64,000 bases of DNA from a virus. The DNA lies in IMG/VR virus record IMGVR_UViG_3300012943_000029, positions 92,922 to 156,921 of that record, one strand, 5' to 3'. The notes beneath the pieces were generated by a model that was given only the letters and a program-made list of their open reading frames with translations, was not told the DNA's origin and searched no databases. Of the stretch, positions 40,735 to 51,783 are shown one piece after another (position 1 is the stretch's first letter; the number at the start of each line of letters is the position of its first letter). The translations under genes were made by a program, and so were the position numbers.

Positions 40735-41177
40735 AGGTGCTTCTCCATGAAGACGCTGTAACCATTTTCGAGATACTCACCAAACGGTCCGCGCTCCCTG
40801 TAATTCATGGAACGGTAGAGCCTGATAGATTGTGGCTGCAGCGTTCCAGTCTCGAGGTACGCGACAGAAACCAGCGGCTGCAGGTAATCTTCAAGGGTTG
40901 AGATGATCCAGCGTGCGTAGCCGCGTCCACGGCATTCTGGCAGTGTGAAGACGCGCTTCAGCTCACCGTAACCCGTCATGACCTTGGCAGCGCCGATGGC
41001 GACAAGATCACCGTGCTCCTCAACACCGAGCACGAAGGCCCTATGCTGCTCGAGGTCCTCTGCTGTATCGAGGAAGCAGATCTCTTTCGGGTACAGATTG
41101 AACATCAGCTCGTCAGAGAGCTTGATCAGCTTCTGTGCACCTTCAGACCGTGGGTCGACGTTAACTAGAATGGACAA
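40731..41177 (-). CDS. GNAT acetyltransferase
   Basis: ELKRVFT.PE.RGRGYA (motif A), LETG..Q..SI.LY, PFGEY. Confidence 0.9.
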   Translation of the reverse strand: MSILVNVDPRSEGAQKLIKLSDELMFNLYPKEICFLDTAEDLEQHRAFVLGVEEHGDLVAIGAAKVMTGYGELKRVFTLPECRGRGYARWIISTLEDYLQPLVSVAYLETGTLQPQSIRLYRSMNYRERGPFGEYLENGYSVFMEKHL

Positions 41178-42954
41178 CTTCGGCTTCCCTCTTCCAGCCC
41201 ATCACCTTGTACTTGAAATGGTCGCCCATCATTGCAGCGACCTCACAGTGTTCCTCATTGATGCCGTACGTTGTGCAGTGCTCACCGTGCGGTTCATCAG
41301 GGCCACCAACTCGGCGAGCAATGATAACCACTTGGTCGTAGCCGAACTGCTTAGCAATCTTTTCAGCTGCCGAGATCGGAATTGGCTTCATCTCGCGCTC
41401 GCTCATTCGATGCTCTCAACGACAAGCTCTACATCGTTGCCATGAGAGCGCAGAAGATCGATGAGCCAGTTGACGCGCTCCTCGAGAACCTCAAGAGGAA
41501 TTGCACCTGGGTCATCATAGGCGAGAACGCCAACCTCGATGCCATTCAGCTCAACAAGCGCATCCTCTGGACCTTTGACGATCTTGATTGTGTTCATTTG
41601 CCTATCTGCTTGATCTCGTATTCAGCAACAACGCGGCGACTGTCGATGCGGCCCGGCTCTGAAAGCTTCTTGACGAGAGCTTCAGCATCGGCCAGCGTGC
41701 TGTGCTTGTACTCGGGAGAATAGCGCTTGCCGAAGTGCATGTCAACTGGAAACCAGAACAGCCAGCTCCGACGCTGAACTATCCAGTGCTTGACGCCGCC
41801 AGAATTGAAGTCTTCAATGATGCGTACGTTCATTCGTCATCCTCTTCATCGTCGCTACCGTAGGTCTCGTCCTCTACCAGCTCGATGACGTCTGGGCCAA
41901 GGTGTGAGATGAGATGGGCCATCAGCCCTTGAATGCCGCTCTCGAAGGCCTCAAGCCCTGACCAGCCAGCTTGGTCATAGTCGACGGTCGCCACCTCTGC
42001 GTCGTTGACGAGAAGAGAGACCTCTTCCTCGTTTCGACGGACGAGCTTAACTGTGATCATGACAGGTGCACGGATCGCACCGTGGGCAGACGTCGAAGCC
42101 ATGCTCGCACTCGATTGGTACGGCTCCAGCAACGGCGCGTAGAAATTTGCAGTCAGGTTTGTGAGCTGCGATCGCCTCGCATACGCAGGCGAAATGACCG
42201 CACTTGCTGCATGCGGTAATCGGCCCCTCGACGAAGTCAAGGTTCATGTCGGCCGCCACCTGCTTGATGCAGGTTTTGACGGCCTTGCTGTCCTCATCTT
42301 GAGAACAACCGCGATCATCTAGGATCAGCGCCCCCCTCGCCATGATCACTCGCTCTTGAAACGACGCTGCCACTCGTTGCGGCCCCATGTGCCGACAGCG
42401 ATGAGAACAGCAAACGCCATGAGGACGCAGCCAATGGTAAGAAGGATGTTGTCCAAGAAAATCTCCTATGTTGTGGAGATTTTATTGTATGCTAGTGGAG
42501 GTTGAAGATAAACCGCAACCTGTGTTATGGAAGTTCTGGTGGCTGCTGACCCATGGTGTCGTAGGCCTTGTTGACGATGGCCTTCAGCTTGAGGTGCTTC
42601 TGACGCGTCTCTTCAGCTGCTGCTTCTGCGGCCAGCCACTTCAGGCGAAGTTCGACCATCTCTTCACCTTGGCGCCAGATGATGTCTACCAGCTGGCGAA
42701 CGTGGTGATGATCTTCTTTGGTCATGCCACTCACAGCATCACCGATCGAATGATCTGCTGTTGGCCTTCATAATGAAGGATCATTGTCCAGTCGTGTGGA
42801 ACTACGGCGATGGTACGCCGATCGCTCATCACAAGAACGTGCGACTGTGGAACATCCAGGTGCCCATCGATGACTAGAGCGTCATTCGCTGGAGCGGAGA
42901 TCTGGTAGGTGTTGCCATGCGGTGAGATGACAACGATGCTCTTTATTTTGTCGT

Positions 42955-43272
42955 TCACTTGATCTCCTTCATAAGCACAACACCCTCAGCCGAGAGCCTC
43001 TCTATGAATACGTTGACGTCCTCAAAAGGCAGGATGTAGTAAACGCTGTTCGGTTCGAAGCCGTCTTCCCATACAGTCGCTCCCTCCCTCAGGAGAAGAA
43101 TGACGTGCGTAGCCCGGTTCTTCTTGCCGATCGCTAAGATGTCGTCGATGAGGTAGCAACGATCTTGGTCGATGAAGCGACCCGAGATCATGTCAGTAGC
43201 CTTCACCTGCCCAACAGTGTTAAACCGCTTGACGGCTGTGAAGTACTGACTGAGGTCGATTAGCGAAGACAC
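42955..43272 (-). CDS. Hypothetical protein, paralog of 39393-39713
   Basis: ISGRFIDQD...DDIL.IGKKNRA. Confidence 0.6.
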   Translation of the reverse strand: MSSLIDLSQYFTAVKRFNTVGQVKATDMISGRFIDQDRCYLIDDILAIGKKNRATHVILLLREGATVWEDGFEPNSVYYILPFEDVNVFIERLSAEGVVLMKEIK

Positions 43273-44320
43273 GTTATGCCACAGCTTTTATCTTGCCATC
43301 ACCTTGGCAGGTGTCGCAGACGAACGAGCATTCTTTGTGCTTGCAGTGGGCGCCGGTACCTTTGCAGTCAGGGCAAACTGCGAGCGCATTGTTTACAAGC
43401 TCAATGCCGTGGAACTTTAACAGCTCAACAGCATCCTCACGGTTGATGTAGATGCAGAGCTTGTGGTTCTTCCAGTTCTTGAATGCGGCCTCAAGCTGTG
43501 TGAGAAGCTTCACGTTCTGCCCTCCATTCACGAATTGGATGATGCAGCGCCACGACTATTTCGAGGCGCGTTCTGTACTCAAACACCCCTCCGAAGGCGT
43601 GTCGATCACCAATGTCATAAGCTGCGACAAGCTGATCGTAGACCTCTTTTGTGGCTTCTGCCTCTAGATCGAGGCCCATCATACCAGCAATAAGATCACC
43701 AGTTCGGTACTCGAAAAGATCTCTTGATGGCCAGAAAATGTTCTGTGGTGCCTCACCAATGTGCAGCTCGTAAATCTGCCATGGCAGCTGAGGCTTTGAA
43801 TTGCGCCTGAAGTTGATCACAGCGTTGGCCTTGCGAAGCTGTCCTTGAACCGCTCGCTGCTCTCACCGAGCCGCTCAACGCTGCGTTCGGCGGCGCACAC
43901 TGCTGAGCGGACCTTGTCGCGCGTTGATGGCGACAGGACGCCGTGCCAGATGATGCCGACAACCGGGGGTGTGACGATGATCGCCAAAGCTGCAATAGCA
44001 GGGCTCATGATGGTTCCTTGTCTTTGATGGCGTTGACGATGGCAAACATGCATTCAGTCGAGCCGTGAATGCCAGCCGAATAGTCTGCTGCGGCAGATGC
44101 GCAGAGCGCTACCTTTGCAGCAAGCTCGTCGCGCTCTTTGGCAACAGCTAGCAGCAAGCTTGCGCAGTTGTGCTGGAAGCCACGCTCCTGCGTGAATGGG
44201 AACGTGATGTTCTTCATCGCGCTGGCGTAACGAATTGCAGCGTCAGTCGAAGTGTCGACTGGTCTGTCTGTCTCGGTCTTCATGCGTCAATCATAAACAG
44301 GTTGACAGCAGATGAAAACT

Positions 44321-44746
44321 TCAACCTGCTGCGGACATTTCCTTCAGTCGATTGATGCCGATGGCGACCGACTTCTTGGCGGATGCGATGTGGTCGGCCT
44401 GAGCGAGGTCATTCTTTGAGAGCCAATCAAGGAAGAGAACAAGGTCTACGCCGTGGAGCCGCATCTTGTCAACATCATTCCATGGGTGTCCATCACCGGC
44501 GCTTCCGATCTGAACGAGGAACTGCTTCACCCACTTCAGGGTGAACTTGAAGATGTTGTTGGTGATCTCAGGGTTTGTCCTTGCGAGCTCTTTGAACTCG
44601 GCCGCGCCGCCGCGAAGGCGGTCAGCGAGCTCATCGAAGCGCCACAGCGCATGCTCATCAACGCTAGCTAGAAAATTTGTCCAGCGTGCCAGGTTGGTGA
44701 CCTCGGTGCTCGATAGCTCTTCATTAATGAGTTCAGCGATCTTCAC
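44321..44746 (-). CDS. Putative internal head protein (family member, KFTLxW domain)
   Basis: MKIAELINE leader; IFKFTLKWVK...FLDWL...AKKSV. Confidence 0.7.
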   Translation of the reverse strand: MKIAELINEELSSTEVTNLARWTNFLASVDEHALWRFDELADRLRGGAAEFKELARTNPEITNNIFKFTLKWVKQFLVQIGSAGDGHPWNDVDKMRLHGVDLVLFLDWLSKNDLAQADHIASAKKSVAIGINRLKEMSAAG

Positions 44747-44747
44747 T

Positions 44748-45254
44748 TCAATCCTTCAAGTGCGGGTGCTTCTCGAGGTGCGCGTTAAGATCTGCAACTG
44801 CTCGCGCATGATCTGCTGTAGCATTTGCCAGCGCCTCTCGCGCATTGCTGACGCGACCTTGTAGGTGCTGCTTGTGATCGGCTGGTGTGTAGGTGCTCTT
44901 CTGAATTACTTTCAGCTCAGCCTTTGTTGGAGCAAGATTTTCTGGCAGCTCATCAACAATGACGCTGTCGAGGATATCGCTGAACGCATTCTTCTGCGCA
45001 GGTGTATCGGCTATGTCCTTGATCGCCAGCATGATGACGCGCATAACATCCTGCTTGGTCAGCCCGTGCTCTACAGCTAAAGAGAGCTCGTTGCGAAGAT
45101 CTGTCTGAGCATCTTCCATCTCGTCAAACAACGTATCACCATCACCAGCGCCAGTGTCATGGTCAACTGTTGCTGCTATGCAGTTCTCGATGGCATCGAG
45201 GATCTTGTCCTCGCTGAAGCCCTTCTCATTCTCTAGAAGCTCTTTGATATTCAT
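44748..45254 (-). CDS. Putative internal head protein (family member)
   Basis: MNIKELLE leader; L.KQDVMR.I...IK motif; TAAATA at 45286-45291. Confidence 0.65.
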   Translation of the reverse strand: MNIKELLENEKGFSEDKILDAIENCIAATVDHDTGAGDGDTLFDEMEDAQTDLRNELSLAVEHGLTKQDVMRVIMLAIKDIADTPAQKNAFSDILDSVIVDELPENLAPTKAELKVIQKSTYTPADHKQHLQGRVSNAREALANATADHARAVADLNAHLEKHPHLKD

Positions 45255-45326
45255 TAACCTGCGCCCTAATCATTGCTGAACCTACTATTTACGCCGCCAG
45301 GTTTGAGGCGTGTTAGAATGCCGGTC

Positions 45327-45566
45327 ATGGATCAAGAAAAACCGATAACGATGGTCGTGAACAAGCGGGCCCTAGAGAGTGTCGTCATCAATGAAGACCT
45401 GATGAAACACGCTGTTCGCCTGCTCACCCAGCAGCTTGACGACCTCGTCGGTGACTGCCTCGACGAGAGCGGCAACCTGAAGGCGCCATCGAAGAAAGTA
45501 ATCATGAAGTCGAAGCGTTGCCTACCATCATGGTGCAAGAATACCTTTGAGGAAAAGACAAAATGA
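45327..45566 (+). CDS. Hypothetical protein, possibly leaderless
   Basis: TAGAAT ends 7 nt before ATG. Confidence 0.55.
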   Translation: MDQEKPITMVVNKRALESVVINEDLMKHAVRLLTQQLDDLVGDCLDESGNLKAPSKKVIMKSKRCLPSWCKNTFEEKTK

Positions 45567-45838
45567 TCATCGACCTTTACCCGACAATCAAGAAAGCGAC
45601 CATCGAGATAGCCTACGATAACGGTGCCGTTCACCGTGGTCGGACAGAGCAGGACGTTCTCAACGCAGTTGAACCTGTGCTGCGGTGCCGAACCATCACC
45701 GAGCTTGAGGCAGCCGAGGTTGAGCTGGCCGGCTTGACGTTTGAAGACCTCGAGACCCTCTGCTGCGGCGAGCAGGGGCTGGTTGAGGCAACACCGGCCA
45801 CCGAGCTGCTACTTACTGACATTTTCGAGAACATCTAA
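45563..45838 (+). CDS. Hypothetical protein
   Basis: ATGA-coupled ORF. Confidence 0.55.
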   Translation: MIIDLYPTIKKATIEIAYDNGAVHRGRTEQDVLNAVEPVLRCRTITELEAAEVELAGLTFEDLETLCCGEQGLVEATPATELLLTDIFENI

Positions 45839-45850
45839 GCTCATCAGGTC

Positions 45851-45857
45851 ATAAATA
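45851..45857 (+). promoter_or_regulatory. Late promoter (ATAAATA)
   Basis: Upstream of clpS and the two large family genes. Confidence 0.7.
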
Positions 45858-45880
45858 CCCCATCACCAGTGGGGTATGGC

Positions 45881-46261
45881 ATGACGACACAATTTCCTCT
45901 CCTCGAAGAGATCGTTGACATCGAAAAGAAGTCGAAGGTCAGCGATGCCCCTGTTGAGAAGCCACCAGGCTGGAACGTCGTCATCCTCAATGATGACACA
46001 ACCCCTGCCGAGGTAGTCGTCGAGGCCATCGTCGACAGCACCGATCTGACACCGCACCAGGCGATCGAGCGCATGATGACGGCGCATAGCGGCGGTTGGG
46101 CGGTCATCAAGTCATATCACTCAGCCGACGTTGCTGAGCAGGTGGCGCACAACATCCAGGTGCACGCCGAGAACAACACCAAGTACGATCACTACAAAGA
46201 GCACCTCGGCCACAAGGGCCCGTGGCCGCTGACGACCGACATTCAGGAAATTAGCAAGTGA
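45881..46261 (+). CDS. clpS: ClpS N-degron adaptor
   Basis: P..WNVVILNDDTTP.E.VV...A...M..AH..G.AV. Confidence 0.88.
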   Translation: MTTQFPLLEEIVDIEKKSKVSDAPVEKPPGWNVVILNDDTTPAEVVVEAIVDSTDLTPHQAIERMMTAHSGGWAVIKSYHSADVAEQVAHNIQVHAENNTKYDHYKEHLGHKGPWPLTTDIQEISK

Positions 46262-47028
46262 AATTTAGCGAGCTCCTTGAAGCGCGTGAGGTTGTTGCTC
46301 CTGACAGCGGTCAGGCAAAGTTCGCTGAGCTGAAGAAGGCGCTTCTCGCTGGCCTACCCGACAGCGTAAAGACTAAGGGCGTTGTTAAAAGCTTTGACCT
46401 TGGTGGCCTGACATTCAAATTCTCATGGGGTAATGAGGACGGCCACCCGTACTTCTGCTACCAGTCGAATGACCCTCGTGGCTTCGCCATCATCATCAAG
46501 TTTCACAGGGATGGAAAGAAGCTGACGCCAATGACGGCCGACGTAAGTTGGAGCGGTCAGGTGAAGCGCCCTGGTTATGACGACAGCTTTGTTGACCGCA
46601 ACTTTGAACGCACAATCAATCTCCACCCTGCCGCCGACAAGCACGCTGACGGTATCAAGCTGACGGCAAAGGACCTTGCTGGCGACGTATCAACGGATGA
46701 TGAGGGTATTTTGGCCGCCATTGAGAGCGAGACAGACAACAACGCAGAGTACAGTGTCGTGCTCGGTGACATAGTGAAGAAGCTGCGCAAGCTGAAGGAT
46801 CTAAACAAAGAGCGCCTTGAAGGGCCGCTCATGCGCGCCACGCTGCAGACGCTGAAGACAATGCTGACCGACAACGACGGCTACACTCGCGGTGAGGGTG
46901 CCTTCATTATTAAGTGGATCAACACGCTGCGCCATCTTGGCTACAACTATCCAGCGCTGGAGGGCGTTGAGAGAAAGTTGCACGCTGAGGCTGTTAAGCA
47001 CCTCAAGCATGATGAGACGATCAAGTGA
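46258..47028 (+). CDS. Putative internal head protein, two-domain, paralog of 55309-55983
   Basis: MKFSELLE leader; FH..GKKL.PM.A and LHPA..KH..G..LT; C-terminal W...L..LGY.YP.L..VE.KL. Confidence 0.7.
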   Translation: MKFSELLEAREVVAPDSGQAKFAELKKALLAGLPDSVKTKGVVKSFDLGGLTFKFSWGNEDGHPYFCYQSNDPRGFAIIIKFHRDGKKLTPMTADVSWSGQVKRPGYDDSFVDRNFERTINLHPAADKHADGIKLTAKDLAGDVSTDDEGILAAIESETDNNAEYSVVLGDIVKKLRKLKDLNKERLEGPLMRATLQTLKTMLTDNDGYTRGEGAFIIKWINTLRHLGYNYPALEGVERKLHAEAVKHLKHDETIK

Positions 47029-48968
47029 AAGTTCATGACCTACTTGAGAACGTGGCGCTTGGTGATATCGACGATGAGCTCGTCGACTACATGTGGCGGC
47101 GCGGTGATCACCTCAACAATGTTTTCTATGAGCTGCGTCGGCACAAGCTGAACCGCCGTGAGGTGCTCGTCTTCCTGCGCGATGTAATCAAGCGCTTCAC
47201 ATCACCAACAAAGCGCTTCAATCTCCGCCTCTATGCGATGGTAGTTGCCGCGCACCATGAGCTGGGCTCCAGCGGTCCAACTGAGGAAGACCTCAACACC
47301 TTCAAGCAGCAGCTTCTACCTAAGGTGGATGAGGCGGTGAAGACACCGAACTGGAAGGTCAGGGTCGATCACGTAGTCGACAATGGCAATCATGCCCACA
47401 CCACAGTGCTTGAGCTGCTCTACGCCATCAATGCGTGGCGCAAGCGCCCAGACTTCAACAAGGAATGGGCCACGAAGCAGCTCATGAAGTACACCCTCAA
47501 CTGGTTGAAGTCGATGCACGAGGTGGAGCCACGACTTAGCCAGTCGATTGGGTTCCCAGACAAGTGGGCCACAGCATCGCTCAACAAGCTGCTCGGCAAG
47601 CTGACGCAGCTTGGTGTCCCAGCAACCCAGGTCGATGGCATTCGCAAGAGCTTCAACTCGCTGGGCAAGCTGAAGTCAACCAAGATCAACGAGATCATTG
47701 GCACCGCCACGGCCGACGCGGCCATCGAGAGGGACCTGAACGCTGAGCTTGGTCACTTCGTCTACAATGGGGGTGCACACCCGCCAACTAGCGAGATCAT
47801 CGAGATCATCAACAGGAACCAGCTGCCAAAATCATTCGTCATGCGCTGGCTGCTGAAGGCAGTGCAGCACTACGCTGGCGCCAACAGCACGGTTCGCGGT
47901 AGGCTACGAAACCTCGCGTACACCATTGTCTACCACACCAATGTTGGACCAACTAGAGATGAGTTCGAGACGATCGCCAAGAGCCTGTCCGCGGTAGGTG
48001 AGAGCGCTGGCGATGGGGCAATCAGCCTAGAGAAGCTCCTCAACGCCGAGCTTGGGCACATCCTCCACTCTCAGAAGGGGAAGGCATCTGACGCGCTCAT
48101 CGACATCATCTCTCAGAGCGGAATGGACCGCCAGGCCGTCATGCGCTGGTTCCTTGGCCATGTCAAGAGCCAGGGTGGTCGCTTCAACCTTGTTGACGAG
48201 CGCCTCTTCGGTCTTGCCGGCGATCTTAGAAACCTGACCCGCGTCGGTCCTAACAAAGAAGAGCTCAACGCTATTGAGAAGAGCCTGCTGAAGAGGGGCG
48301 TCAGCGAGGCGAATGAAGAGCAGTACACCGCGTCAGACCTAGAGGACGAGCTTGACAGCTACCTCTTTGACGACAAGGACACCTACCTCAGCACCCACAT
48401 AAAGTACAGCCAGCTCAGCCGTGAAGAGGTGATGCACGCCCTCCTCAACTCGGTTAAGAAGGTGCATCAGCTCGGTGGTCGCAATGAGTTCAGGTACGTC
48501 AGCGGCCGCCTCAGTGGCCTGTGCTCGTTCCTAGCCCGCGAGCTGAAGGACAAGGGACCGACGGCGGCTGAGATCAGCGCCATCAAAAGAAGCCTTGATA
48601 ACGTCAACAAGTTCGTCAATGAGGAGAATGTGAATTGGGAAGGCCACCTTAGCCTTCAGTTGAAGATCCCACACAAGTCGTCAAACGATTTCCAGCGCAC
48701 CGCTTACATGGTTCATGTGGCAGAAGCAGATCACCCAGAGCTAGACCTCGTCAACAAGTTCAAGGACGAGCTCATGAAGTTTACGCTCAGCTGGCACAGG
48801 TACATCGCCAGCAATGAGCACCTCATCGACATAGCCCCTAATGCCCTGCCAGCACACTACTACCGCGAATGGCTGAACTTCCTCGATCAGCGCGGCTGGC
48901 CAGAGGTGAAGCACCTCAAGGCATCATTCGCTGACCTCGCCAGGCAGTTCACACCGAAAGAAGACTGA
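47025..48968 (+). CDS. Six-domain putative internal-head polyprotein (647 aa)
   Basis: MKVHDLLE leader; four GP(T/N)..E...I.KSL repeats and two MK(Y/F)TL.W domains separated by [VI]-x-E linkers. Confidence 0.75.
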   Translation: MKVHDLLENVALGDIDDELVDYMWRRGDHLNNVFYELRRHKLNRREVLVFLRDVIKRFTSPTKRFNLRLYAMVVAAHHELGSSGPTEEDLNTFKQQLLPKVDEAVKTPNWKVRVDHVVDNGNHAHTTVLELLYAINAWRKRPDFNKEWATKQLMKYTLNWLKSMHEVEPRLSQSIGFPDKWATASLNKLLGKLTQLGVPATQVDGIRKSFNSLGKLKSTKINEIIGTATADAAIERDLNAELGHFVYNGGAHPPTSEIIEIINRNQLPKSFVMRWLLKAVQHYAGANSTVRGRLRNLAYTIVYHTNVGPTRDEFETIAKSLSAVGESAGDGAISLEKLLNAELGHILHSQKGKASDALIDIISQSGMDRQAVMRWFLGHVKSQGGRFNLVDERLFGLAGDLRNLTRVGPNKEELNAIEKSLLKRGVSEANEEQYTASDLEDELDSYLFDDKDTYLSTHIKYSQLSREEVMHALLNSVKKVHQLGGRNEFRYVSGRLSGLCSFLARELKDKGPTAAEISAIKRSLDNVNKFVNEENVNWEGHLSLQLKIPHKSSNDFQRTAYMVHVAEADHPELDLVNKFKDELMKFTLSWHRYIASNEHLIDIAPNALPAHYYREWLNFLDQRGWPEVKHLKASFADLARQFTPKED

Positions 48969-49030
48969 TAGGTCACCGTAGATTGCGCATGTGATAGAAT
49001 AGCTCAGGTCCCACAACCTGAGAACCGTCC

Positions 49031-50691
49031 ATGAACCCATCTCTTGCCTACCTCGCCAGTGCCTTCGAGCGCATGGAACAGGTAGATGTACTCGCTGCTC
49101 CAGGCTTCCGCTTCATGAAGGCGCTGCGCACCAAGCTGCTCAGCAAGGTTGGCTGCACCTTATCTGAGCAGGCCATCGATGAGATCATCGCCAACATGAC
49201 GATCGAGCTTGGTAACCCTGGTAGCGATGGCGATGATGACGAGTTCATCGATCGCGTGTCCACGTCAATGACCAACCTCATTGTGAAGCTCCACGATGGC
49301 TACAAGGCCGTTGGCTTCATTGATCCCGACAAGGCGCTCATCACGCTGGCCAGGCAGCTCTCAATCAAGGTGGGCTAGCATGAAGCCGATCCATATTCGC
49401 CGGCTGCGCAGCGTTATCACCGCCCTGAGGGAAGCGCCCAACCCGCTCGCCTTCGACATGGGCCAGTACGTCTATGATGGTGATGATGGCTTTGACTGTG
49501 GCACGCCAGCCTGCGCTCTAGGCCACTACGCCGCGCGCACAGACCTACAAAAGACCTTCAAGATCAGGGCGAACGCGCAGCACCAGGTTGCCGACATCAT
49601 GGCTGATGAGCAAACCATTCAAGCACCATCAGAAGAGCCGGCGGTTCAAGAGCACTTCGGCATGACCTCTGAGGAGGTTGAAGATATTTTCGGAGCTGAG
49701 GGCTGCGGTGGTGCCAAGACCACGAAGGCCGCCATAAGGTACATCGAGAGGTTCATCGCCAAGAGGGTGTCTGATGCCCGCGCGATCGTCAACGAGTTCG
49801 ACACATGAAGAAGTTCCTTGCCATCGCCATGCTCCTGACCGGCTGCGCCGATCCGAACCACGTTGCGCCAAAGCCACCGACCAAGGAAGAGCACCTTGCT
49901 GCCAAGATCTACTACCTCAAGGACAAGGTTGGACTGTGTTACGCCGCCATTGACAGTCTGTCCTCGAACAGCTACGTGATTACCTCCATCACCGAGGTGG
50001 ACTGCGAGAAGGTCGGGCTATGAACCTCGACGACTACAGCTTCACGCCAACCGCCAAGCTCTACGATCGCTGGACAAATGATCGCGAGGCCCTCATCAAG
50101 GACATCAGCGAGAAGAGCGGCATCACCAAGGAGCAGGCGACGGCGTTCATCTGCGCCCTCATTCAACCAGAAGGTGGCAGCGCATGAACCTACGAGACGC
50201 CAAGCGGCTGGCCGGCTACAACAAGACCAAGCTGAAGCGCTTCCTCGGTCGCGACCATGATTGGTATGACTTCGATCGGATCGGCGACATCGACATTCAC
50301 CAGAACCGCGTTGAGTACACCCTGTTGCGGGATGAGGGGCACGCTACCGCGCTCGCCACCGTCTCCCTGTACCTCGTGACAATCGGTAAGCGGCTGCAGG
50401 TCTGCGCCACGATGGATGACATGGACCACCCAGCGTTCGGAAGATAGCATGACCGCGCAGTCCACCTGGATCCCTCATGACCCGCCCATGAAGGTTGGCG
50501 ATCAAGCCAGGATCCTCTGCGACTGGCACCCAAACAACGGACAGGTTGGCACGATCACAGCCATCCTCGATCACACTCAGTCGAGGTGGTGCCGCACCGA
50601 CCGCTGGAGGTCTGACTGGTACGTGCTGCACATCGATGGCGCCGACCCTGAGCGGCTTGGCTTCCTTGAGGATGAGCTGCAGCCATGCTGA
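49031..50691 (+). other. Plus-strand cluster of small genes behind a GTGATAGAAT promoter (about 48991-49000), including lipoprotein 49805-50023
   Basis: Coupled ORFs 49031-49378, 49380-49808, 49805-50023 (LLTGC lipobox), 50184-50447, 50448-50691. Confidence 0.6.
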
Positions 50692-51077
50692 CCCGTCAGG
50701 AGTTCATCGACAACGCCATTGCTAGAATAGAGATGGCCGCAGGCCTTCGACCAGATGATTGCGTCTTCATGAGCGATGGCTCCCTGCTCGACACCTACGT
50801 CAGGGCAAATGGGTACGCCAATGAAATGTTCTACGAGCACCTACCCACCCTTCGCTACGCTGGTCCAACACCGACGCTGGCCGACCCGTTCCCGCTGATC
50901 AATGAAGTGAAGCCAGCCCTGCTGAAGTTCACCCTCAGCTGGCTGCGCGCAACCGTCGCCCAGCCGCGCGAGGCAAGGTTGGAACCTAAGATCGGCATCA
51001 TCGAATGGCTGGACGCGCTTGCCTTCACAGGCTGGCCCGAGCTGCCGACGATCCGCGCAACCGCCATCACCGCCTAA
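50685..51077 (+). CDS. KFTLxW-domain family member lacking the leader
   Basis: LLKFTLSWLR...EWLDAL...GWPEL..IR. Confidence 0.7.
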   Translation: MLTRQEFIDNAIARIEMAAGLRPDDCVFMSDGSLLDTYVRANGYANEMFYEHLPTLRYAGPTPTLADPFPLINEVKPALLKFTLSWLRATVAQPREARLEPKIGIIEWLDALAFTGWPELPTIRATAITA

Positions 51078-51783
51078 AGGAACCACACATGCAGCTCTTC
51101 GTCGCCGTTCACCTGACAGCCGACAACCACGTTACCCTCCTCGCTGAGGGCTCACGAGAGGACTGCACGCAGCACCTCCAGCACGTCGGCCCTAGGTGGG
51201 ACTTCCAGCAGCTGCACGTCATGTTGAAGTCAGAGGCAGCGAAGCTTCCAGGCTACCATGACCCAGTGAGAGCGGAGTAAAGCATGGGCACCCTGAAGAC
51301 CGTCACGTGCGATGACTTCAACACCCTGGTGCTGGCAGTCCAGCCCTTCAAGGACTGGATCCTCATCGGCAAGGCACCATCACCGAACGACCCGCCCCCG
51401 TACCGCGTGTCCTTCCGCAGCCCTGATAACCAGGACGACCTCTACCTCAGCGACGTGGCGGAGAACCCAGCCCTGCTGGCCGCCGTGAGGGAGGACAAGG
51501 TTGAGCAACCAGCCGAGCCTGACTTCGCCGCCGAGGGAGCCGCCATCGAGGAGCACCCCGTCCCATCAGCTGGTATCCGCCGGTGCTGACCCTCCTGCTC
51601 CATAAGACCGACGACGCGCTGATCATCCACGCCGATGGTCAACCCCTCCTCAGCCTCGAGTACAAGCAGTACGGCTGGCAGGCCGACGATGTGGCGTTCA
51701 AGTTCGCCACCGCCATAGCCAAGCGGTACGGGGTAGAGCTCGTCCTCAAGGACAGCCAGTACCAGGTGCCCTTCGGATAACCT

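Noticed and set aside
26285-44000. Long plus-strand ORFs in the accessory arrays (e.g. 28164-29039, 37007-37909)
   Set aside because: They overlap well-formed, coupled minus-strand genes and are expected in GC-rich DNA
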